A stretch of DNA of 64,000 nucleotides, taken from positions 1 to 64,000 of the IMG/VR virus record IMGVR_UViG_3300028833_000144. The stretch is one strand, 5' to 3'. This document shows, one piece after another, positions 40,069 to 48,184 of the stretch. Numbering within the stretch: position 1 is the first letter of the stretch; every line of letters begins with the position of its first letter. The translations under genes were made by a program, and so were the position numbers. This DNA comes from a virus (Duplodnaviria > Caudoviricetes). Under the pieces are notes generated by a model. The model was not told the DNA's origin, did not search any database, and saw only the letters and a list, made by a program, of their open reading frames with translations.

Positions 40069-40437
40069 TTATAATTCACATTTATCAAATTCTTCTTTAG
40101 TTCCCTTGCAGGAAAAATCATAGTAAGGACAAACACAACTGCCAGGACAAACAAAGTCTTTATTATTATGTGATTCAAGTTTAAGTGTTGTTTCCGGCAA
40201 CGCTTCATAAACTAACTGACCTTTGCCAATAAGTTCGTATATATCTTTAGGAGAAGGAAAGAAATTACCTTTCGTCTTAATATATACTCTAGCAGCCTTA
40301 TAAACTTTTCCTGTATCTTCATCTCCTAAAGCTAATTCCCAAGCAGCTATCGTATTCTCAGGATCAGTAATAGGCTTAGTGTTAGGATAAGTAGCCTTAA
40401 ATAAATTCAATAAACGAATAATCTCTTCTCTTTTCAT
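40069..40437 (-). CDS. Helicase loader (G39P-like)
   Basis: EII.LL..F...YP..AAW..FFPSPKDI; directly after initiator. Confidence 0.6.
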   Translation of the reverse strand: MKREEIIRLLNLFKATYPNTKPITDPENTIAAWELALGDEDTGKVYKAARVYIKTKGNFFPSPKDIYELIGKGQLVYEALPETTLKLESHNNKDFVCPGSCVCPYYDFSCKGTKEEFDKCEL

Positions 40438-41225
40438 AAATAGTCATCAAATTCACTATGCGATTCGATATGTTCTCCTTTCATAAATTTATCCCAATTA
40501 TCTTCTGCCTGTTTAGGTTGATAAGAAGTTCTCTTCTTTTCTAATTCAAATAGTCCTAGCCACTCTTTTTCAATACTCTGATTAAGAATATCTATCATAA
40601 TCTGATGATTACCATTAGATAAATCTCTTAATTTGTTAAGAAGCTTGTTAAGACCTTGCGTTGTCTTAATAGGTTTAACCGCTTTTCTAAATTCTATAAA
40701 GTCTTTCCATGCTTGCAGTAATTCTGAATCACTACTTATCTCTTCATTAAGTTCAACTACCTTTATAGCATCAAACTTCTCTTTCTTTTGTATTTTTTCT
40801 TTCTCTATATTTAATTCTTTAGTATTTTGTTCTTTAGTATTTAATATATTAGTATTTAATTGTGGCAGATTTTCCGTTGACGGATTTTCCGTTGACGGGT
40901 TTTCCGTAAACGGAAATTCCGCTTCGCTTATATGAGGTTCTTCATATATGTCATACTCATACCCATCAAACTTTCCAAACTCATTTGTTCTTTGTGTTCT
41001 AACAATATACCCATGTTCTATTAGTTCTTGTAACGCATTGTTTACTGCATCTTTCCCATCAGAAAAAAGAGTTACAAGACCTTTTACAGAATATTCCCAA
41101 TCATCGGGTAATGAATATATCTGTGTTAAAAGACCTTTTGCTTTCAAACTCAAAGAATGATCCATAAAAACGTGATTATCAATATGAGTATAATTTTCTT
41201 TCTTATGTCTGCGATAACGACCCAT
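40434..41225 (-). CDS. Replication initiator protein
   Basis: YTHIDN..LSLKAKGLL..SLPDDWEY..GKDAV..L.EL...GY N-terminal wHTH; internal iterons; C-terminal W.DFIEFRK domain. Confidence 0.85.
   Translation of the reverse strand: MGRYRRHKKENYTHIDNHVFMDHSLSLKAKGLLTQIYSLPDDWEYSVKGLVTLFSDGKDAVNNALQELIEHGYIVRTQRTNEFGKFDGYEYDIYEEPHISEAEFPFTENPSTENPSTENLPQLNTNILNTKEQNTKELNIEKEKIQKKEKFDAIKVVELNEEISSDSELLQAWKDFIEFRKAVKPIKTTQGLNKLLNKLRDLSNGNHQIMIDILNQSIEKEWLGLFELEKKRTSYQPKQAEDNWDKFMKGEHIESHSEFDDYL
40790..40913. repeat. Probable replication origin: three 14-bp iterons (period 15) plus AT-rich tract inside initiator gene
   Basis: ttttccgttgacgg at 40870 and 40885, ttttccgtaaacgg at 40900; adjacent repeated ttagtattt AT-rich run. 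Confidence 0.75.
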
Positions 41226-41674
41226 TACGTCAAACTCCCTTTAATGTATTTTTCTACCGTGTGATACTGTTCTATAGTTATGTAATATCCATTTGTATAT
41301 TCATCTCGAAAAGGAGATATATCTAATTTATTTAGAATTTTTCTCAAATCCCACACATTAAATTTAGAATAATAATATTCTCTTATCAAAGTTTTCACTT
41401 TGTTTAATGAATAAACAGCACTATAATTCCGGCATTTATTGTACTTCGGTTTGTATTTTTCAATGTAAAAATCTTCGGTTTCGTTAAGCTTATCAATAGA
41501 ACAAGGCAAAACCTTAACTAAATTAAACTTCTTATCGTTATGAGAAAATGGTCTTGATAACCCTACTGATGTCTGTCCGACATAAACAACTTCATCATCT
41601 TGAAGCAAGAAATAAACAAGACAATTACTGCATCTAACAAATGTATAAACGTCATCTTTTTCATCAAACTTCAC
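41225..41674 (-). CDS. GIY-YIG domain protein
   Basis: VYFL..VVYVGQT..R..H..E..YI..KPKYN; GTG start after AAAGGAG. Confidence 0.7.
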   Translation of the reverse strand: MKFDEKDDVYTFVRCSNCLVYFLLQDDEVVYVGQTSVGLSRPFSHNDKKFNLVKVLPCSIDKLNETEDFYIEKYKPKYNKCRNYSAVYSLNKVKTLIREYYYSKFNVWDLRKILNKLDISPFRDEYTNGYYITIEQYHTVEKYIKGSLT

Positions 41675-41853
41675 ATCACATTCTCCTTTAAAACACAAAA
41701 CCCTCCAAGAAGTCGCAGGTCTTGGAGGGTTAGGGGGTATATCGAGGGGCATCGTCTGCGACCCGATACACCCCAAATTGTGTGACTTGATTCTACCATA
41801 TTCTGTGTTAAAATCAAATTAGGTAGTTCATATTTTTACCTCTGATAAATTCT

Positions 41854-41881
41854 AACCCTGGTTTCCACGCTCGCCAGGGTT
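41854..41881 (-). terminator. Hairpin after ssb
   Basis: aaccctgg-12 nt-ccagggtt. Confidence 0.45.
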
Positions 41882-41891
41882 TCTTTATTAA

Positions 41892-42311
41892 TTAAAACTC
41901 CAACGTATCGTTTACGTCATCTTCGCTTACAAACTCATAATCATCTTCGTTAAGATCAGTATTTGTATTTGCAGGCTTTGTCTGTGCAGAAGTATTAAGA
42001 GATTCTACAAACTCTGCTTCATCTACTACAACCTCTGTAACAAACTTCTTATCTCCATTCTTATCCTCATAAGTTCTTGTCTGAATACTGCCTGTAAGAC
42101 CGATCCTACTTCCCTTATGGAAATACTGACTGATGAATGTTGCCGTCTGCCTCCATGCTACGCAGTTAATGAAATCTGCCTGTCTTTGTCCGTTACTGTC
42201 CTTAAACTTTCTGTCAACTGCAACGGTAAAAGTACATACTGTAACTTGATTAGATGTATTCTTAACTTCCGGTTCTTTTGTAAGTCTGCCGATGATTACG
42301 CACTTATTCAT
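41892..42311 (-). CDS. ssb: Single-stranded DNA-binding protein
   Basis: MNKCVIIGRLTKEPE..ADFINCVAW..KGSRIGLTGSIQTRTYE; acidic tail. Confidence 0.95.
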   Translation of the reverse strand: MNKCVIIGRLTKEPEVKNTSNQVTVCTFTVAVDRKFKDSNGQRQADFINCVAWRQTATFISQYFHKGSRIGLTGSIQTRTYEDKNGDKKFVTEVVVDEAEFVESLNTSAQTKPANTNTDLNEDDYEFVSEDDVNDTLEF

Positions 42312-42324
42312 AAATAATTCTCCT

Positions 42325-43086
42325 TTACTGATCTTCAACAGGGAATGGTAAACCAACCTGCTCGTCTATCTTCATCTTCTCTTCTTTTGCTTTCTTTGCC
42401 TTTACTACTGCATCATGGGCGCACTTGGCACAAAGCACCTTACCAAACTTATTCTTTGTTTCAAGAGCAATAGCTTCCGGAGAACGCTCAATTCCCTTTT
42501 TGTCCGTAAACTTGGTAATCTCATTCTTGCAAACGTCACAAGTAAGCTTTTCGGGTTCTGTTTCTTCTTTCGGATCATTCTTAAATTCCTCTGCTTCGGA
42601 ATCAGAATAAATACCTGCATAAGCCAACTTACTGCTCTTGAGAATAACACGATCCATACATCTCTTTAATGCCATAGCATAAGGATAAGCATTAGTACAA
42701 TTCTTATCAGATACTTCGCCTACCTCATAAATACCCTGTTCATCATTACAGTATGTATAAACCAAAGACTTATTAAATCCGTCCTTGTCGATAGTAAGAC
42801 AACTAGGCTTAAATCTCTTCTCAGCAGGCAGCGCATCATTGATCTTCAAACAACCATTATGCGAAATGATAAGTCCGGTATAAGCCATTTTACCGTTCTT
42901 CGTAGCGTTCATGAGAATCCAGAAGTCTGATTCAGATAAAACACTCTTATACATATCGGATTCCAAAGCTTCAATAGCCTTTTTCTTTGCTTCCTTATAC
43001 TTTGGTGTAAGGAATGTTTCAACTTCCTTACCTACTTTGGCGTTCCATTCTGTACTCTTCTCTCCAAAATTATAACTCTTCGCCAT
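42325..43086 (-). CDS. Probable ssDNA-annealing recombinase
   Basis: YPYAMALKR..DRVILK..IYSDSEA motif; between Gp157-like gene and ssb; C-terminal Zn finger. Confidence 0.55.
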   Translation of the reverse strand: MAKSYNFGEKSTEWNAKVGKEVETFLTPKYKEAKKKAIEALESDMYKSVLSESDFWILMNATKNGKMAYTGLIISHNGCLKINDALPAEKRFKPSCLTIDKDGFNKSLVYTYCNDEQGIYEVGEVSDKNCTNAYPYAMALKRCMDRVILKSSKLAYAGIYSDSEAEEFKNDPKEETEPEKLTCDVCKNEITKFTDKKGIERSPEAIALETKNKFGKVLCAKCAHDAVVKAKKAKEEKMKIDEQVGLPFPVEDQ

Positions 43087-43089
43087 TTC

Positions 43090-43320
43090 TTACCTCCTTC
43101 TTGGCATTGGTAGTTCATCTTCTTCTAAATTAGGTGCTAAAGGCTTCTCTATGCCCTCTATTTTGCGTTTGCTAGGTTTGTAAATAAAATTACTCTCCTG
43201 TTCTGCTTCACGCTCTATAACGGCATCTAGCGAGTTCTCCTTAATAAACAGGTACATTCCCGTTGCTCCAAGAAAACTACCAATTAAAACACCTATTGCT
43301 ATTCCTATGAAAGCAGTCAT
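43090..43320 (-). CDS. Small membrane protein
   Basis: N-terminal TM helix. Confidence 0.5.
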   Translation of the reverse strand: MTAFIGIAIGVLIGSFLGATGMYLFIKENSLDAVIEREAEQESNFIYKPSKRKIEGIEKPLAPNLEEDELPMPRRR

Positions 43321-43329
43321 GTATTAACC

Positions 43330-43830
43330 TCACTTAATATTCATAGTAACATTATCTTCGATGTGCGCTCCCTCTGTGATCGTTCCGTCCTCGATAGCCT
43401 TTTTGATAGACTTGAGGTCTGCTTTTCTCTCTACTGTAACATTAAAAAACTCGTCAGGAATCTTACTTGCATCATCAACAATAGTCTTTTTAGACTTACG
43501 GAAAGTGAACGCAACTTTGGAACTCTCCCACTTCTCTCCACCTAACATAGCACTTGCGTAATTAGCAAGTCTTTCTCTTGACTTCTTCTTACTGTTTTTC
43601 CTGTCCTTGATAGCCTTTTCTTCTTTGTCTAAAGCTTCAATTTCAGCATCAAGATTTTTCAACTTGCAACCAATAGCTTCGATCTTATCAAACTGTGCCA
43701 TTTTAAGTTCTGCAAGAAGATCGGTAGTTTCATCTGATACCTCTCCGTCATTCTCTTCTGCTTCAATAAACATCTTATTGAGAACATCATCTATCTGCTT
43801 GTTAATTTCCCAAAGTGTAAAATTGCTCAT
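43330..43830 (-). CDS. Siphovirus Gp157-family protein
   Basis: TLWEI..DKIEAI..KNLDAE..RKS....D...IPDEF..DLKSIKKAI..GAHI. Confidence 0.85.
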   Translation of the reverse strand: MSNFTLWEINKQIDDVLNKMFIEAEENDGEVSDETTDLLAELKMAQFDKIEAIGCKLKNLDAEIEALDKEEKAIKDRKNSKKKSRERLANYASAMLGGEKWESSKVAFTFRKSKKTIVDDASKIPDEFFNVTVERKADLKSIKKAIEDGTITEGAHIEDNVTMNIK

Positions 43831-43832
43831 AT

Positions 43833-44057
43833 TTAATCTCCTCTGTTTTTAATAATCTTCCACATTTCTTCATCGGGTACTTTGTAAAACTTCTGCACTT
43901 TATCCCAAGTTTCAACTCTGCCGGAAGTCTTACCCTGTTCTATTCTTTGATAGACAATGATAGGAATATCCATTTTCTTCGCTGCATCTATCTGCGTCAG
44001 TCCGTGTTCATGTCTTAAATTAAACAAACGCAGATTTTTTGCTATAAGTGAACCCAT
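43833..44057 (-). CDS. Cro/XRE-like HTH regulator
   Basis: LRHEHGLTQIDAAKKM..YQRIEQG. Confidence 0.8.
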   Translation of the reverse strand: MGSLIAKNLRLFNLRHEHGLTQIDAAKKMDIPIIVYQRIEQGKTSGRVETWDKVQKFYKVPDEEMWKIIKNRGD

Positions 44058-44080
44058 GTAGTTTACCTCCTTTCCGAATT

Positions 44081-44109
44081 ATGATACACCATTAGCGATT
44101 TATGGTCAA
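44081..44109 (-). promoter_or_regulatory. SigA-type promoter for HTH gene with accat..atggt inverted repeat
   Basis: Minus strand TTGACC-17 bp-TATCAT. Confidence 0.65.
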
Positions 44110-44114
44110 CCACT

Positions 44115-45044
44115 TTATAGGTATTTTTCAACATCTCCGATAATGCCTGTTTCTTCATCTCCAAAGTGTTTCTTACATACTGCTATGCAGAACTCTTCAA
44201 TTTCGCTACTCCACACAGGCTCACAACCACTTCTCTTAAAGACTAAACAGAAGCCGGATATGCCGTCAAAAAGGCTACCCATAGTAGGATTCTCTACCCC
44301 GTCTGCTTTAAGCTGCTTAACCATTCGATCAGCAAGAAATTGCCAATAAGGAAGTGCTATTGAATTACCTAAAGCCTTATATTTTGGTGCATCTGCTTCT
44401 TTGTGTTTCTTTCCGTTTTCGTCAACCCATTCTCCTATATCAACCCAAGTTTCTTCGTGTATTATTTGTTGAACTCTACTGTCACTTATCCCAAACATTT
44501 CTGACAAGTCTTTACAAGTAAAGTCTGTATTTTTATATATTAATTGAATTAAGTCGTGTTCTTCGTTACTTAATTTAGCCTGACCTGCATCTTCTTTAAT
44601 TTTATATAATCCATCTTTTCTTGCTTTTAAAGAATTTTGAGCAGATGTTAATAATTGAAGATTACATAAACGATTATCAGTTTTGTCATTGTTTATATGA
44701 TCTATAACATAACCATTTGGCAATACTCCATTAGCAGAAATCCAAATTATTCTGTGAACTCTACATTGAACTTTAGTATCTCCATTTCTTATATTAACAA
44801 CTAAATATCCTTTAAGATTACTTCCTTTTAATTCTTTTGGATTATCTAACTTAATTCCCCCAGGACCACGAGTAGCATAAACTTTTCCTGTGTTTACATC
44901 TGCTATAATATTTCCTTCATATAAATTCCAAGCGATATATTCATCTTTTGTCATTTCTGAAAATTTTACCGTTCTAACATTAGGAAAACCCTGCAATCTA
45001 CAACATTCCGTGGGCGTTAATCTTCTTACAACTGCATTAGGCAT
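44115..45044 (-). CDS. C5 DNA methyltransferase C-terminal subunit (motifs IX, X, I, II) with in-frame HNH insertion
   Basis: VRRLTPTECCRLQGFP, YKALGNSIA, SLFDGISGF, SEIEEF. Confidence 0.9.
   Translation of the reverse strand: MPNAVVRRLTPTECCRLQGFPNVRTVKFSEMTKDEYIAWNLYEGNIIADVNTGKVYATRGPGGIKLDNPKELKGSNLKGYLVVNIRNGDTKVQCRVHRIIWISANGVLPNGYVIDHINNDKTDNRLCNLQLLTSAQNSLKARKDGLYKIKEDAGQAKLSNEEHDLIQLIYKNTDFTCKDLSEMFGISDSRVQQIIHEETWVDIGEWVDENGKKHKEADAPKYKALGNSIALPYWQFLADRMVKQLKADGVENPTMGSLFDGISGFCLVFKRSGCEPVWSSEIEEFCIAVCKKHFGDEETGIIGDVEKYL
44454..44981 (-). mobile_element. HNH homing-endonuclease domain inserted in frame
   Basis: VHRIIW..VIDHINNDKTDNRLCNLQLLTSAQN plus C-terminal HTH; removal restores GFP-ET-WVDIG. 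Confidence 0.85.
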
Positions 45045-45545
45045 TTTTTCTTCTCCTTTATTAATAACATAGGGTGTGCAATTCCCCCCGTTCCGTACCT
45101 GGCTCTAACAGTTTCACACACATTATCAAACTGCTTATATCCATGATGTACGGAAGAATCATAAACACATTGAGCGTCTTTATAATCTCTGCTTCTCAAA
45201 CTAAACGCTACCCCCCGTATCAATTTTAGGTGTCATTTCTGTTGTCAGACATATTTCTTCGTTCATTTCTTACCTCTCTATTATCCAAGATATATATTTC
45301 TCCCCCCCGTATCTGCTTTCTCCTGCATATAAAGAATTACAAATACCATTAATATCGAGGATAGTTTTACTTTGAAAATCATTTTTATTAAGATTTATCA
45401 CCTTGTTCATCTTCTACCTCTTCAACAATTAAAACTAAAGGTATATGGTCACTATCAGTAGCAATATTAGTTAATGCTTTCGTTACCCCCCTGTTACAGT
45501 TTGGTTATAAGCATCTATTCCTATTACTACCTTTTCTTCTTTCAT
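45026..45545 (-). other. MTase variable-region (TRD-like) modules broken at G tracts
   Basis: Starts at 45545, 45410, 45266; G6/G7 tracts at 45486, 45302, 45211, 45084. Confidence 0.75.
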
Positions 45546-45949
45546 TTGCTCTCCCACTTTTCACAAGTATCGCATCTGTGCATATAGCACCCTTTTTCAA
45601 ATTTGCAATTACCATATCTACCCTCTTTGTGCTTATTAGAAACAGTCCAATTCTTACAATCTTGACAATACTTATGTGCTATTCCAAAAGACTGTAAGAC
45701 TTCTGTTTTAATTTCATCAAGATAACCCTCTATTCTCTTCTGTCGACCTATTTCTGTAAACCACTTTTCCTTGAACTTATCTCTTGCTTCGTTCCAATTA
45801 CCTTCTCCTGTATCTCCCGAAAGATACCACTCTCTGTCATGGAATAATTGAGCAAGGTCTTTTACAAGGTCATCAAGCTCTCTATCTTTAAAATCTCCAA
45901 CGTGTTCTTCTAATCTATTATAGAAATAATCTAAACTTCCACCACTCAT
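45542..45949 (-). CDS. Unrelated hypothetical protein (MSGGSLDY..) inserted among MTase modules
   Basis: Start at 45949; C-terminal Cys cluster. Confidence 0.65.
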   Translation of the reverse strand: MSGGSLDYFYNRLEEHVGDFKDRELDDLVKDLAQLFHDREWYLSGDTGEGNWNEARDKFKEKWFTEIGRQKRIEGYLDEIKTEVLQSFGIAHKYCQDCKNWTVSNKHKEGRYGNCKFEKGCYMHRCDTCEKWESK

Positions 45950-46164
45950 TTTTCTTCGTCCTCCTCTATTATTAAAATAGCCATTTGATCGTGCATACAA
46001 TTCAATGTATGACTTACCTCATAACTCATTGTCATAGCTTCCTGTACTTGTCCGTTACCTATGCACCAAGTACCCCCCCGTTTAGTCTTTAAGGGATATG
46101 ATGATCTTTCCTTCATCGACATATTGATTTCCAACCCCTTTATAATCTCTTGCACATAAAGCAC
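45946..46164 (-). CDS. MTase variable-region module
   Basis: CIGNGQ..TLNCMHDQ motif; same frame as 46165-47388, after its TAG. Confidence 0.55.
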   Translation of the reverse strand: MLYVQEIIKGLEINMSMKERSSYPLKTKRGGTWCIGNGQVQEAMTMSYEVSHTLNCMHDQMAILIIEEDEEK

Positions 46165-47388
46165 CTACGGTATCATTACCCCCCCAGGTCCCCTAGCAAC
46201 TAATGGTTGTGCTATTTCTTCTTGAATAGAAATATCATACTTTGCGTTTTTGCCTTGATTAAAAGAAGCTCTGTCAATACCAAGCACACAAGGAATATCG
46301 TGATTATCATTCTTACCATGTAATAAAGCATTGGTTCTATCTTCATTAATAGTAAGATCGTGAGAATTAACAACTAACATTCCACCTTGATTACAGGCAG
46401 GATTACCACCATTAAGATCAAGTGTTCTTGAAGTATCTGCCTCATAAATACCGCTATTCGGATTATCAGACTTCATAGCATTAGAATCATAAGAGGATAT
46501 TCCATAAGCTATAACTTCTCTTTCTATACCCGCTCTTTCTCCGCACCCTTTATAATAAGAAGCGTCAATAGGAGCTGCTATGTCATTCCCGTTTATGTTG
46601 CAAGACTGACTGATTATTGAGGGTTGACAATGTTCCTGTTCGTTCTTCTTGTATGAGGATTCCTTTACCCCCCCATTTTTGCCTGCTCTTTCTTGGAAGG
46701 ACAAAGCTCCTTTGCCTGTTTCTCCAATGTCGTCTTGAGCAGTTCCGGTAACTCTTTCTTCCTCGCTTCTGCTCTCCTCAATATTCCTGCACTCGCTTTC
46801 GCACTCAAATTGTAACGAGGGTGCGGATAGTCCTCCAAAATCTGCGACAACCGAGATTCTTCTGCGACGCTGCGGTGTCCCCAACGCAATAACATCTCCT
46901 GTATCGCTATCTCTGATGGTTTTTCCCCAGTATTGAGCGTCATGTGTTCTCCACGATATACTAAAGGGAGTTCCATCATCTCCCACTCCATCAATGCTTC
47001 CTGCGTAGTGCCACCCCTCTTTAGGGATAGGAATAGGGGGGCAGTCCTTGCAGACAACTTTACAGATTTCTTGTAAGACCGCTTGGAAGTCTGCTCCTTT
47101 ATTTGAGGAATAGCAGCCAACAACATTTTCGTAGACGGCAAACCGAGGTCGAATATTGATACCTGTCCTTCCATTACTTCTATCATCTTCTCGCATCTCC
47201 TTTATGATTCTTATTGCTTCAAAAAATAAACCCGATCTTGTTTCTTCGTCATCTTGATTAAGTTTGCTTTTCATTCCGGCTCTCTTTCCTGCTATACTTA
47301 AATCCTGGCAAGGAGCTCCGAAAGTTATAATATTGACTTTAGGTGTTTTTGAGCCATCTATTTTTTGAATATCCCCATAGTGAATCAT
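46165..47388 (-). CDS. C5 DNA methyltransferase N-terminal subunit (motifs III-VIII plus variable region)
   Basis: GDI, catalytic PCQ, RSGLF, ENV, QRRRR; no motif I at N-terminus. Confidence 0.92.
   Translation of the reverse strand: MIHYGDIQKIDGSKTPKVNIITFGAPCQDLSIAGKRAGMKSKLNQDDEETRSGLFFEAIRIIKEMREDDRSNGRTGINIRPRFAVYENVVGCYSSNKGADFQAVLQEICKVVCKDCPPIPIPKEGWHYAGSIDGVGDDGTPFSISWRTHDAQYWGKTIRDSDTGDVIALGTPQRRRRISVVADFGGLSAPSLQFECESECRNIEESRSEEERVTGTAQDDIGETGKGALSFQERAGKNGGVKESSYKKNEQEHCQPSIISQSCNINGNDIAAPIDASYYKGCGERAGIEREVIAYGISSYDSNAMKSDNPNSGIYEADTSRTLDLNGGNPACNQGGMLVVNSHDLTINEDRTNALLHGKNDNHDIPCVLGIDRASFNQGKNAKYDISIQEEIAQPLVARGPGGVMIP
46665..47186 (-). CDS. Overlapping alternative-frame ORF, M.EcoHK31I beta-subunit-like
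   Basis: HMTLNTGE..SRLSQILE..YNLS..GILRRA..LP..L motif recalled from dual-coded C5 MTases; ends on G7 tract. Confidence 0.6.
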   Translation of the reverse strand: MIEVMEGQVSIFDLGLPSTKMLLAAIPQIKEQTSKRSYKKSVKLSARTAPLFLSLKRGGTTQEALMEWEMMELPLVYRGEHMTLNTGEKPSEIAIQEMLLRWGHRSVAEESRLSQILEDYPHPRYNLSAKASAGILRRAEARKKELPELLKTTLEKQAKELCPSKKEQAKMGG

Positions 47389-48005
47389 CGTGTAATCTCC
47401 TTATATTTCCATTTATAACCACAAGCTGTTTTGCTTTTGTTTGTTAAACACATTCTGATGTTTCGAGTGGAAGTTTTTAATTTTCTTGCAGCTTCACTTA
47501 TACTTTCATACTCTTTAATAAAATTTCCATCATTATCGAATTGATAAACAGGGTGCATAAATCTTATGTGCGATATACGATTTTTCTCTTTTTCTTCTTC
47601 CGTTCTTTTCTTTCTATAATTGCCATTATTTATTCCACTATGTTTGCCTTTTTGAGATATTCTCATTTTATTTTTTGTTGCTTCATTATGCTTTAATCCC
47701 TTCCAAACGCAAATTCCCCCTTTAGATATATTGTAACCAACATTAGGATCGGTAGAATTGAATTGTGCTATATACTTAATCTCCGCAGCATCAGCTTCGT
47801 CTTTTGTTAAGTTATCTTCGAGTATTTCTGATTTTAGAAATTTTTTATCAATAAAAGACATAGCATCTTTCATTCGTTGATTATGTTGATAACCTGATTC
47901 AATTCTTTTTTGAATGGTATGTTTTGTCATACCTATATAAATCATTCCGTCCGGAAATGTATGCTTATATACTTTATAGATACGTTCTTCCATACCCAAC
48001 CTCAT
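47385..48005 (-). CDS. GIY-YIG homing endonuclease with NUMOD3/NUMOD1-like C-terminus
   Basis: VYKHT..IYIGMT..E..YI..GYN; HNEATK.KM; VYQF..G.FIKEYESISEAA..YKWKY. Confidence 0.88.
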   Translation of the reverse strand: MRLGMEERIYKVYKHTFPDGMIYIGMTKHTIQKRIESGYQHNQRMKDAMSFIDKKFLKSEILEDNLTKDEADAAEIKYIAQFNSTDPNVGYNISKGGICVWKGLKHNEATKNKMRISQKGKHSGINNGNYRKKRTEEEKEKNRISHIRFMHPVYQFDNDGNFIKEYESISEAARKLKTSTRNIRMCLTNKSKTACGYKWKYKEITR

Positions 48006-48184
48006 ATCATGTGCTTATAATCATAAGCAGTCATTCTTTTAATCTTCTTAATGCTTGATCTTGGTTCTATCTTTCGAAAAGCCTTTTTACATTCTTCTGT
48101 ACTATCAGCATCATAGTTAGCCATGATCCTTTTGAATCCTTTACTATCCAGGTATTCAATTACATATACATATTCTTCCATGTG

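Noticed and set aside
44454-44981. Intein or group I intron around the HNH insert
   Set aside because: No intein terminal residues; the whole insert is coding with no room for a ribozyme core
46162-46167. TAG readthrough or stop-codon recoding (TAG GTG continues the MTase frame)
   Set aside because: Other genes end normally at TAG (e.g. 24356) and long ORFs are intact under the standard code; frameshift at the adjacent G7 tract explains the junction better
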